Assembly (NCBI GenBank): GCA_964250265.1
Contig: CAXUFG010000001.1
Coordinates: 305-64,304, forward strand
Length of the DNA: 64,000 nucleotides
Direction of reading: 5' to 3'
Source of the DNA: an uncultured Pseudonocardiaceae bacterium
GTDB lineage: Bacteria > Actinomycetota > Actinomycetes > Mycobacteriales > Pseudonocardiaceae
Part shown: positions 56,194 through 64,000 of the stretch, piece after piece
How positions within the stretch are numbered: the stretch's first letter is position 1
Layout of the letters: every line of letters begins with the position of its first letter
Notes under the pieces: generated by a model
What the model saw: only the letters and a program-made list of their open reading frames with translations
What the model was told of the DNA's origin: nothing
The model's database searches: none
Translations under genes and position numbers: made by a program

Positions 56194-57594
56194 GTGACAG
56201 GCACCCCAGTCACCAGTACCTCAGTATCTGAGCCATCCGCCGATGTGGTCATTCTCGGTGGTGGCTCGGGCGGTTACGCCTGCGCGCTGCGTGCGGCCCA
56301 GCTGGATCTGACGGTCATCCTGGTGGAGAAGGACAAGCTCGGCGGTACCTGCCTGCACCGTGGCTGCATCCCGACCAAGGCCCTGCTGCAGGCTGCTGAG
56401 GTAGCCGATGCCGCTCGCGACGGCCATCAGTTCGGGGTGAAGACCGCGCTTGAGGGCATCGACATGGGCGGCGTCAACAAGTACAAGGATGGCGTCGTCG
56501 CCAAGATGTTCAAGGGTTTGCAGGGGCTGGTGTCGTCCCGGGGGGTCACCTATGTGGAGGGCACCGGGCGCTTCGTCGCCCCCAACGCCGTCGATGTCGA
56601 CGGGCGGCGCTACACCGGTCGAAACATCGTGCTCGCTACTGGTTCCTACGCCAGGTCCCTGCCCGGCCTTGAGATCGGTGGCCGATTCATCACCAGCGAT
56701 CAGGCACTGAATCTGGACTACGTGCCCGATCGCGTGGTGGTGCTGGGTGGCGGCGTGATCGGAGCCGAGTTCGCCAGCGTATGGCGCTCCTTCGGCGCCG
56801 AGGTGACGGTAGTCGAGGCGCTACCGAGGCTCGTGCCCGCTGAGGACGACTTCTGCTCCAAACAACTGGAGCGAGCCTTCCGCCGGCGCGGCATCGCATT
56901 CAAAACCGGAGTTCGGTTCACCGGCGCAACCCAGTCCGGCTCCGGGGTCACCGTGAGTCTGGAGTCAGGGGAACAGCTCGAGGCCGATCTGCTGCTGGTA
57001 GCGGTCGGCCGGGGACCGAACACCGCTGAGGCCGGGTATTCCGAGGCCGGCGTGCGAATGGATCGCGGCTTCGTGCTCACCGACGACCGGCTACGAACGA
57101 ACCTTCCGGGGGTATACGCGCTGGGGGACATCGTGCCCGGGCTGCAGCTCGCGCACCGCGGGTTCGCCCAGGGCATCTTCCTCGCCGAAGATATCGCCGG
57201 GCGCCGGCCCACCCCGATTGACGAGGACGGCATCCCGCGAGTGACCTACTGCGAGCCCCAGGTGGCCTCGGTCGGGCTCACCGAGACGCAGGCCAGGGAG
57301 CGCCACGGCGAGATCGAGACCCTCACCTACGACCTCTCCGGCAACGGTAAGAGCGTCATCCTGCAGACCAGGGGGGCGATCAAGCTGGTACGCGCCAAGA
57401 ACGGCCCGGTGCTCGGAGTACACATGGTAGGCGACCGGGTCGGCGAGTTGGTCGGCGAGGCCCAGTTGATCGTCAACTGGGAGGCTTACCCGGAGGATGT
57501 TGCTGCACTCGTGCACGCTCATCCGACGCAGAACGAGGCGCTTGGCGAGGCGCATCTCGCTCTGGCAGGCAAGCCACTGCACGCGCACGGCTAG
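56194..57594 (+). CDS. lpd: Dihydrolipoyl dehydrogenase (E3 / L protein)
   Basis: FAD motif GGGSGGY, redox-active disulfide GGTCLHRGCIPTK, and a C-terminal HAHPT interface motif. The GTG is preceded by GAGGAG. Confidence 0.9.
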   Translation: MTGTPVTSTSVSEPSADVVILGGGSGGYACALRAAQLDLTVILVEKDKLGGTCLHRGCIPTKALLQAAEVADAARDGHQFGVKTALEGIDMGGVNKYKDGVVAKMFKGLQGLVSSRGVTYVEGTGRFVAPNAVDVDGRRYTGRNIVLATGSYARSLPGLEIGGRFITSDQALNLDYVPDRVVVLGGGVIGAEFASVWRSFGAEVTVVEALPRLVPAEDDFCSKQLERAFRRRGIAFKTGVRFTGATQSGSGVTVSLESGEQLEADLLLVAVGRGPNTAEAGYSEAGVRMDRGFVLTDDRLRTNLPGVYALGDIVPGLQLAHRGFAQGIFLAEDIAGRRPTPIDEDGIPRVTYCEPQVASVGLTETQARERHGEIETLTYDLSGNGKSVILQTRGAIKLVRAKNGPVLGVHMVGDRVGELVGEAQLIVNWEAYPEDVAALVHAHPTQNEALGEAHLALAGKPLHAHG

Positions 57595-57659
57595 CCGAGG
57601 AACAGACCTAGCGAACGAGCGCCCACAAGGACGGAAGACGACGGGAGTCGAGGGAACTG

Positions 57660-59399
57660 ATGGCGTACTCCGTGGCGATGCCTGCGCTCGGCGAGAGTGT
57701 CACCGAGGGGACCGTGACGCGCTGGCTCAAACAAGAGGGTGACACCGTCGAAGTCGATGAACCGTTGGTGGAGGTATCCACCGACAAGGTCGACACCGAG
57801 ATCCCCTCGCCCGCGGCCGGCGTGCTGGAACGGATCGTTGTGCCCGAAGACGAGACCGTAGAGGTAGGTGCGGAACTCGCCGTGATCGGCGATGCTTCCC
57901 GGCCCAGCACACCCGATCACCCCAGCACACCCGATCACCCCAGCACACCCGATCACCCTGGTGCACCTAGACACACCGAGCCCAAGAACACCGAGCCGCC
58001 GCGTCACGCCGCGCCCAACCACGCCGGACCCGGTCCCACCAGGGACGCTCAAGCCCGCTCGGCGGACCCGCCGCAGCGGGCCGAGACCCCGCCGTCCCCC
58101 GCAGGTTCGGGAACGCCCGTGACGATGCCGGCACTAGGTGAGAGCGTCACCGCGGGAACCGTAACTCGGTGGCTCAAGCAGGTCGGAGACACCATCGCGG
58201 TGGATGAGCCGCTCGTCGAGGTATCCACCGACAAGGTCGACACCGAGATCCCCTCCCCGATAGCGGGCGTCGTGTTGGAGATCGTGATCGCGCAGGACGA
58301 GACTGTCGCCGTCGGCGCCACCCTGGCAACGGTGGGTGAGCGCGAGGTCGAGGCGCCAGCGCCACCGGATAACTCCGAGCAGGTCCAACAATCTGCCCGG
58401 CCTGGGCGGGAGGCGATGCCCGACTTCGGTGGATCCGGGGATCCCGGCGGTGCACCGTACGTCACACCCCTGGTACGCAAGCTGGCGATGGAGCACGGGA
58501 TAGACCTGTCGTCTGTCCAGGGCACCGGAGTCGGCGGCCGGATCCGCAAGCAAGACGTGCTCGCCGCGGTCGAAGCGCCAGAACCCGAACCGGAGCCCCG
58601 ACCATCGGCACCATCACCGCAGGAGCCGGCAACCCCTGTACCGCAGCAGCCGGTGAACCTACCGTCGGCGGCCTCCGAACTTCGTGGCAGGACCGAGAAG
58701 ATGTCTCGGATGCGCAGCGTCATCGCGAAGCGGATGGTGGAATCACTCCAGATCTCGGCACAGCTCACGACCGTGGTGGAGGCCGACATCACCCGTCTGT
58801 CCCGGCTGCGTGATCGGGCCAAGCGCGAGTTCGAGGCCAGAGAAGGCGTCAAGCTCTCATTCCTGCCGTTCTTCGCCCAGGCCACGATTGAGGCGCTCAA
58901 GCAGCACTCCAGGGTGAACGCCTCGATCGACACTGACAAGGGCGAGGTCACCTACCACGGTGCGGAACACCTCGGCATCGCCGTGGATACCGAGCGGGGT
59001 CTGCTGGTGCCGGTGATCCACGACGCGGGTGACCTCAACATCGCCGGTCTGGCGCGTCGGATTGCCGACCTCGCCGCTCGGACGAGGACGAACAAGATCA
59101 CCCCGGACGAGATGAGCGGGGGCACCTTCACCCTCAGCAACACCGGCTCGAGGGGGGCGCTGTTCGACACCCCGATCATCCTGCAGCCGCAGGTCGGAAT
59201 CCTCGGTACCGGCAGTGTGGTCAAGCGGCCGGTGGTGCTCTCCGGCGAGGACGGCGACACCATGGCGATCCGCTCGATCATCTACCTGGCGCTGTCCTAC
59301 GACCACCGGCTGGTCGACGGTGCCGACGCCGCCCGATTCCTCAACACGATCAAACAGCGTCTCAGCGACGCCGCGTTCGAGGGGGACCTCGGACTATGA
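57660..59399 (+). CDS. sucB: Dihydrolipoamide acyltransferase E2 (SucB/DlaT) with two lipoyl domains
   Basis: Two lipoyl domains ([15 protein letters not shown] x2), a PSBD ([34 protein letters not shown]) and a catalytic domain with DHRLVDG. Confidence 0.9.
   Translation: MAYSVAMPALGESVTEGTVTRWLKQEGDTVEVDEPLVEVSTDKVDTEIPSPAAGVLERIVVPEDETVEVGAELAVIGDASRPSTPDHPSTPDHPSTPDHPGAPRHTEPKNTEPPRHAAPNHAGPGPTRDAQARSADPPQRAETPPSPAGSGTPVTMPALGESVTAGTVTRWLKQVGDTIAVDEPLVEVSTDKVDTEIPSPIAGVVLEIVIAQDETVAVGATLATVGEREVEAPAPPDNSEQVQQSARPGREAMPDFGGSGDPGGAPYVTPLVRKLAMEHGIDLSSVQGTGVGGRIRKQDVLAAVEAPEPEPEPRPSAPSPQEPATPVPQQPVNLPSAASELRGRTEKMSRMRSVIAKRMVESLQISAQLTTVVEADITRLSRLRDRAKREFEAREGVKLSFLPFFAQATIEALKQHSRVNASIDTDKGEVTYHGAEHLGIAVDTERGLLVPVIHDAGDLNIAGLARRIADLAARTRTNKITPDEMSGGTFTLSNTGSRGALFDTPIILQPQVGILGTGSVVKRPVVLSGEDGDTMAIRSIIYLALSYDHRLVDGADAARFLNTIKQRLSDAAFEGDLGL
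57903..57956. repeat. Perfect 18-bp tandem repeat x3 in the first E2 interdomain linker
   Basis: cccagcacacccgatcac x3, in frame, encoding (PSTPDH)3. Confidence 0.95.
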
Positions 59400-59464
59400 A
59401 ACTCCTCCCGCTGTAATCACGAACCCGGGTCGCGCACTCGGAGAGAACCGGAGAAGATCTCCCC

Positions 59465-60355
59465 ATGCGCGTCGCGATCGCGGGGTCGTCGGGTCTCATC
59501 GGTACAGCGCTGGTGGCGCTGCTGCGGCAGGCAGGGCATGACGTACTCCGATTGGTGCGCAGGTCTCCGCGTGCCCCTGACGAGCGAGCCTGGGACCCAT
59601 CAGCGGCAACGATGGACGCCGACACCCTGGATGGAACCGACGCATTGGTTAATCTGTGCGGGTCGGAAATGGGCAACAGGCGCTGGTCGGGTGAGGTCAA
59701 GCAGGCCATCCGGGACAGCCGGATCGGCCCCACCGAGGTACTCGCCGCGGCAGTCGCCGAGCACCGGGTCCCGGTGCTGGTGAGCGCCTCCGGGGTGGGT
59801 TACTACGGCGACACCGGCAACCGCGAGGTCGATGAGACCTCCCCGTCGGGCGCAGGATTTCTCGCGCAGGTCTGCCGTGACTGGGAGGCAGCGACGGTTC
59901 CTGCTGAGCGAGCCGGCGCGCGAGTGGTGCGGGTGCGCACCGGCCTGGTGATCTCCCCTGTCGGCGGTTTGATGGGTCAGCTCAAGCCGCTGTTCGCGGT
60001 CGGGTTAGGCGCTCGGCTGGGCAGTGGCGCGCAGTACATGCCCTGGATCTCGCTGGACGACGAGGTGGGCGCGATCCGCTTCGCGCTGGAACACGACGAG
60101 ATGTCCGGCCCGGTCAATTTCAGCGCTCCGGATCCGGTGACCAACGCCGAGTTCACCAAGGCTGTCGGCGAGGCGATGCGCCGCCCAACACCGCTCGTGG
60201 TGCCCGCCTTCGCGCTGCGCCTGATCCGCGGCGCTGAGCTGGTCGACGAGATGGTCATGACCGGACAGCGCGCGGTGCCGGCGGCACTACGTCAACACGG
60301 TTACCCATTCCAGCATCCGACCCTGTCCGCAGCGCTGGCCGCCGCGCTGGAGTAG
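59465..60355 (+). CDS. TIGR01777-family NAD-dependent epimerase/dehydratase-like protein (Rv2216-like)
   Basis: Rossmann motif [14 protein letters not shown] and a C-terminal DUF1731-like region. The position between E2 and lipB matches mycobacteria. Confidence 0.75.
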   Translation: MRVAIAGSSGLIGTALVALLRQAGHDVLRLVRRSPRAPDERAWDPSAATMDADTLDGTDALVNLCGSEMGNRRWSGEVKQAIRDSRIGPTEVLAAAVAEHRVPVLVSASGVGYYGDTGNREVDETSPSGAGFLAQVCRDWEAATVPAERAGARVVRVRTGLVISPVGGLMGQLKPLFAVGLGARLGSGAQYMPWISLDDEVGAIRFALEHDEMSGPVNFSAPDPVTNAEFTKAVGEAMRRPTPLVVPAFALRLIRGAELVDEMVMTGQRAVPAALRQHGYPFQHPTLSAALAAALE

Positions 60356-60390
60356 CGAATCGACTCCGGCTCCGGCGTAGTCTCGCGCTC

Positions 60391-61077
60391 GTGACCATCG
60401 CTACCCAGTCGTGCCGGGCCGCCCTGACGCCGGTCGAGGTCCGCCACTTCGACGCCATCGACTACAACTGTGCCTGGGCGCTGCAACGGGAGCTGGCTGC
60501 GGCCCGCGCGGAGGGCACCGGTCCCGACGTGCTGCTGCTGCTCGAGCACCCCTCGGTGTACACCGCGGGCCGGCGGACCACACCGCAAGAGCGACCCGAC
60601 GACGGCACACCGGTGATCGACGTCGACCGCGGTGGAAAGATCACCTGGCACGGGCCGGGCCAGCTCGTCGGCTATCCCGTCATCTCGCTGGCCGAGCCGG
60701 TCGACGTCATCGACTATGTGCGGCGCCTGGAGCAGGCGCTGATCGCTGTCTGTACCGGTCTGGGACTGGACCCCGGCCGGATCGAGGGGCGGTCTGGGGT
60801 GTGGCTGGCCGCCGACTCCGCTACCGGCCGTCCCGAGCGCAAGATCGCTGCGATCGGAGTCAGGGTCAGCCGTGGGGTAACCATGCATGGGTTCGCGTTG
60901 AACTGCGAGCCGGATCTGTCCGCGTTCGACCGCATCGTGCCCTGCGGCATCGCCGATGCCGGCGTGACGTCGTTGAGCGCCGAGCTGGGCGCTCCGGTGT
61001 CCGTAGCTCGGGCGAGGCCCGTGGTGCAGCGCGCTGTACTCGATGCTCTCGACGGCGCCCTGCCGGTGCGCGCATGA
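60391..61077 (+). CDS. lipB: Lipoyl(octanoyl) transferase
   Basis: [26 protein letters not shown] and VPCGI motifs. GTG start. Confidence 0.9.
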   Translation: MTIATQSCRAALTPVEVRHFDAIDYNCAWALQRELAAARAEGTGPDVLLLLEHPSVYTAGRRTTPQERPDDGTPVIDVDRGGKITWHGPGQLVGYPVISLAEPVDVIDYVRRLEQALIAVCTGLGLDPGRIEGRSGVWLAADSATGRPERKIAAIGVRVSRGVTMHGFALNCEPDLSAFDRIVPCGIADAGVTSLSAELGAPVSVARARPVVQRAVLDALDGALPVRA

Positions 61078-62003
61078 CCGGATGGACCGAGGCCGACATC
61101 CCGGATCAAGCCGGGCGCACGGTGCTCGTTACCGGGGCCAACTCCGGATTGGGTCTGCAGACCGTCAGAATGCTTGCCGCGCGCGGCGCGGCTGTGTTGC
61201 TGGCCTGCCGCGATCCGCATCGCGGGCAGGCCGCATTCGACCGGGTGCGGGCAGGGACCGGAGGATCGGACGCCACGCTCGTGCAGCTCGACCTGGCTGA
61301 TCTCAGCTCGGTGCACAAAGCCGCTGACGAGGTGCGAGCGATCACCAGGGATCGGCTGGACGTGCTGGTGAACAACGCCGGCGTGATGGCGGCTCCACCC
61401 CGGCGCACGGTCGATGGATTCGAGCTGCAGATCGGCACCAACCACCTCGGTCACGCCGCATTGACCTGGCTGCTGGCTCCTGCGCTGCTACCTGGCGCTC
61501 GCGTGGTCACGGTGTCCAGCCTTGCGCACCGCGGCGGTGGGCTCGACGTCGAGGATCTGAACTTCGAACGACGGCCCTACCGTCCTGTCACCGCATACGG
61601 CGCCTCAAAACTGGCGAATCTCCTGTTCACCTTCGAACTGGACCGGCGGGCCCGGGCTGCCGGGCGGAAGCTCGTGGCCGTCGCTGCCCATCCAGGTCTT
61701 ACCGATACCGAACTGGTGGCCAACACCACTCGGATGCTCGCGCCGGGGCCGTTTGTGCAGCTCGCGAGATGGGGCAGCAAGCTGATCACCCAAGGTGTCG
61801 GAGCCGGGGCATTGCCGCAGCTCTACGCCATCACCGCGGCTGATGTCCACGGCGGGGAGTACTTCGGTCCAACCTCTCTGGGGGAGACCCGCGGCGCTCC
61901 CGGGCGAGTGACGCCGAGCCTCGCTGCCTGTGATGAGCCCACCGCCCGGATGCTCTGGGAACGCACGGCCGAGCTCACCGGTGTGCCGCCGGATCCTGCG
62001 TAG
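61074..62003 (+). CDS. Short-chain dehydrogenase/reductase (SDR) family oxidoreductase
   Basis: ORF 60411..62003 was trimmed to the ATG at 61074, which overlaps the lipB stop (ATGA). It has [12 protein letters not shown] and YGASKLAN motifs. Confidence 0.8.
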   Translation: MTGWTEADIPDQAGRTVLVTGANSGLGLQTVRMLAARGAAVLLACRDPHRGQAAFDRVRAGTGGSDATLVQLDLADLSSVHKAADEVRAITRDRLDVLVNNAGVMAAPPRRTVDGFELQIGTNHLGHAALTWLLAPALLPGARVVTVSSLAHRGGGLDVEDLNFERRPYRPVTAYGASKLANLLFTFELDRRARAAGRKLVAVAAHPGLTDTELVANTTRMLAPGPFVQLARWGSKLITQGVGAGALPQLYAITAADVHGGEYFGPTSLGETRGAPGRVTPSLAACDEPTARMLWERTAELTGVPPDPA

Positions 62004-62004
62004 G

Positions 62005-63030
62005 GTGGCGCTCGTGACCATCGCGCGCTCCGGAGCTGATCCAGGCGACCGCCGGCTGCTGCGGCTGGAGGTCCGCAACAGCCAAACCCCGATCGAGCGC
62101 AAACCGCCGTGGATCCGGACGAGAGCCACGATGGGCCCATCGTTTCGGGAGTTGAAGAACCTGGTGCGCCAGGAGGGGCTGCACACCGTGTGCGAGGCGG
62201 CCGGGTGCCCCAACATCTACGAGTGTTGGGAGGACCGGGAGGCCACCTTTCTCATCGGGGGCGATCAGTGCACCCGGCGCTGCGACTTCTGCCAGATCGA
62301 CACCGGTCGCCCCGCCCCATTGGATCGCGACGAGCCGCGGCGGGTCGCCGAGTCGGTGCGGGCGATGGGACTGCGCTACTCGACGGTCACCGGGGTCGCC
62401 CGTGATGACCTCCCCGACGGTGGCGCCTGGCTGTACGCCGAGACCGTCCGGCAGATCCACGCGCTCAACCCCGGTACCGGAGTGGAGCTACTCATCCCGG
62501 ATTTCAACGCCCGTCCCGATCAGCTTGCCGAGGTGTTCGACGCCGCACCCGAGGTACTGGCGCACAATCTGGAGACGGTGCCACGGATTTTCAAGCAGAT
62601 CCGACCGGCGTTCCGATACGAGCGATCGCTGGATGCGCTGCGGGCGGCCCGTGACGCGGGGCTGGTCACGAAGTCCAATCTGATTCTGGGCCTAGGTGAG
62701 CAGCCCGACGAGGTCACCGACGCGATGGCCGATCTGCACGCCGCGGGATGCGAGCTGCTCACCCTCACCCAGTACCTACGCCCCTCGCCGCGCCACCACC
62801 CGGTCGCGCGGTGGGTCCACCCGGAGGAGTTCGTCGAGCATGCCCGCACCGCCGAGCTGATGGGTTTCGCCGCAGTGATGGCCGGGCCGCTGGTCCGATC
62901 GTCCTACCGGGCTGGGCGGCTGTATGCCCAGGCACTCGCGCATCGCGGCGATCGGGTACCCGGACACCTCGCGCATCTAACCGCGTCCGGGCCGGCCGCG
63001 CAGGAGGCGGCCCACCTGCTGGCCCACTGA
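62005..63030 (+). CDS. lipA: Lipoyl synthase
   Basis: Radical-SAM [13 protein letters not shown], an auxiliary cluster [13 protein letters not shown], and [28 protein letters not shown] 61930..63030 was trimmed to the GTG at 62005 (or 62014). Confidence 0.95.
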   Translation: MALVTIARSGADPGDRRLLRLEVRNSQTPIERKPPWIRTRATMGPSFRELKNLVRQEGLHTVCEAAGCPNIYECWEDREATFLIGGDQCTRRCDFCQIDTGRPAPLDRDEPRRVAESVRAMGLRYSTVTGVARDDLPDGGAWLYAETVRQIHALNPGTGVELLIPDFNARPDQLAEVFDAAPEVLAHNLETVPRIFKQIRPAFRYERSLDALRAARDAGLVTKSNLILGLGEQPDEVTDAMADLHAAGCELLTLTQYLRPSPRHHPVARWVHPEEFVEHARTAELMGFAAVMAGPLVRSSYRAGRLYAQALAHRGDRVPGHLAHLTASGPAAQEAAHLLAH

Positions 63031-63102
63031 GGTGTGGCCCGCTGAGGTAATTGCCTGACCAGGGCAGTCGTCAACCCGTGGTCCGCAAGTATCCTGTGAG
63101 TC

Positions 63103-63858
63103 ATGCCCGCCAAACCGGCCCCCAAACCTGCCTCTGGGAAGAATGACAAAGCGGCGGCGAAGGCCGCCAAGCAGGAGCGCCGCGCCGCGGCCAAACAGCG
63201 CAGGGCGCAGGTGCTGCAAGCCTTCAATATCCAGCGCCGCGAGGACAAGGCCCTGCTGCCGTTGATGATCGGCGCGGTGCTGGTCGTGACCGCGGTGGTA
63301 TTCGGATTGGGTTTCCTGCTCGGCCAGCAATGGTTAGCACTGCCGCTGGGTCTCACGCTGGGCGTACTCGGCGCAATACTGCTCTTCGGTCGGCGGGTCC
63401 AGCGTAATGTCTTCGCCAAAGCCGAGGGCCAGCCCGGTGCTGCGGCATGGGCGTTGGAGAACCTGCGCGGCGGCTGGAAGGTGACGCCCGCAGTCGCGGG
63501 CACCACGCAACTGGATGCCGTGCACCGCGTCATTGGACGTCCCGGAGTTGTGTTGGTCGCAGAGGGAGCTCCGCACCGGCTCAAGCCGCTACTGGCCCAG
63601 GAGAAGAAGCGGGTATCCCGGCTGATCGGTGACACCCCGATCTACGACATCACGGTGGGCAACGGCGAGGGCCAGGTGCCGCTGGCCAAACTCCCCCGGC
63701 ATATGACCAAATTGCCGCGTAACGTCACCTCGGCACAGGTAGCCGGGCTGGAGAGCAAGCTGGCGATCCTCACCACCCGCGCTGCCGCTATGCCGAAGGG
63801 CCCACTCCCCCAAAGTGCCAAGCTCCGCAACGTCCAACGCACCGTCCGCCGCCGCTGA
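63103..63858 (+). CDS. DUF4191 domain membrane protein (Rv2219-like)
   Basis: Lys/Ala-rich N-terminus, two TM helices (LLPLMIGAVLVVTAVVFGLGFLLG, LALPLGLTLGVLGAILLF), and the conserved position after lipA. Confidence 0.75.
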   Translation: MPAKPAPKPASGKNDKAAAKAAKQERRAAAKQRRAQVLQAFNIQRREDKALLPLMIGAVLVVTAVVFGLGFLLGQQWLALPLGLTLGVLGAILLFGRRVQRNVFAKAEGQPGAAAWALENLRGGWKVTPAVAGTTQLDAVHRVIGRPGVVLVAEGAPHRLKPLLAQEKKRVSRLIGDTPIYDITVGNGEGQVPLAKLPRHMTKLPRNVTSAQVAGLESKLAILTTRAAAMPKGPLPQSAKLRNVQRTVRRR

Positions 63859-63868
63859 GGCCTTCACG

Positions 63869-63933
63869 CCCCATATGGAGACATATCGGGGTCAGTGGGC
63901 GCGTTTTAACCCCGATATGTCTCCATGTCGGGG
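63869..63933. repeat. Double-palindromic ~65-bp repeat element, copy 2
   Basis: CCCCATATGGAGACATATCGGGG - 18 nt - CCCCGATATGTCTCCATGTCGGGG. It has the same arms, orientation and a similar spacer (TCA...GCGTT) as copy 1 at 51263..51328. Confidence 0.85.
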
Positions 63934-64000
63934 CAGCCCAGGGCGTCAGCGGGTTCGGAGGACGATGGTGTTGACGGCGCGGTCGTGGAGGCCGCGGCCA

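Noticed and set aside
63947-64000. An apparent 3' end of a minus-strand gene (stop tca at 63947..63949, reading ...GRGLHDRAVNTIVLRTR-stop) running off the window.
   Set aside because: Only about 17 codons are visible. That is too little to call a product or even be sure it is coding.

Overview
This is a visibly high-GC actinobacterial chromosomal core segment, densely coding on both strands, with about 60 protein genes. I found no rRNA, tRNA, CRISPR array, transposase, integrase, prophage or recognisable defence island.

Gene content and order follow two blocks I recognise from memory of Mycobacterium tuberculosis.
- Block 1 resembles Rv1843c..Rv1822: guaB1, a DUF21-CBS pair, gcvP, MerR, DUF151, MerR/FtsR-like, garA, gcvH and pgsA.
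- Block 2 resembles Rv2175c..Rv2219: the Rv2175c/pknL pair, aroG, pfkA, an exoribonuclease, plsC, SRPBCC, fadD15, pimB-like, NlpC/P60 hydrolases, trpD, ctaE-qcrCAB, ctaC-ctaF, asnB, erpA-like, cobU-cobT-cobS, ilvE, gcvT, pepA, lpd, E2 (sucB/dlaT), lipB, lipA and DUF4191.
- A roughly 9 kb non-syntenic stretch joins them: glf, a DinB/mycothiol-type protein, a methyltransferase, a Ser/Thr kinase, a DEAD/DEAH helicase, an orphan DUF742, a thioredoxin-like protein, a nitroreductase and a small MT0933-like protein.

Lipoate and glycine-cleavage functions are unusually concentrated here: gcvP, gcvH, gcvT, lpd, E2, lipB, lipA and garA.

I did not find a convincing novel multi-gene system. The observations most worth a second look are:
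1. A clear ydaO-class (c-di-AMP) riboswitch in front of only one of two tandem coiled-coil NlpC/P60 paralogs.
2. A ~65-bp double-palindromic repeat element present twice at convergent gene junctions. One copy supplies the last ~14 codons and the stop codon of ilvE.
3. A truncated, frame-disrupted PIN (VapC-like) remnant wedged between gcvT and ilvE, with no antitoxin.
4. A solitary DUF742 (conservon CvnC-like) gene with a long low-complexity N-terminus containing a 15-bp tandem repeat.
5. A LOG-like/Nudix-like fusion protein in which both catalytic motifs look degenerate.
6. A pseudo-receiver gene apparently co-transcribed with trpD.

Limits: all homology calls rest on motif reading and remembered orthologue sequences, not searches. 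Many start codons are uncertain. The ORF track prints GTG/TTG starts as M and often over-extends N-termini, so I trimmed several.
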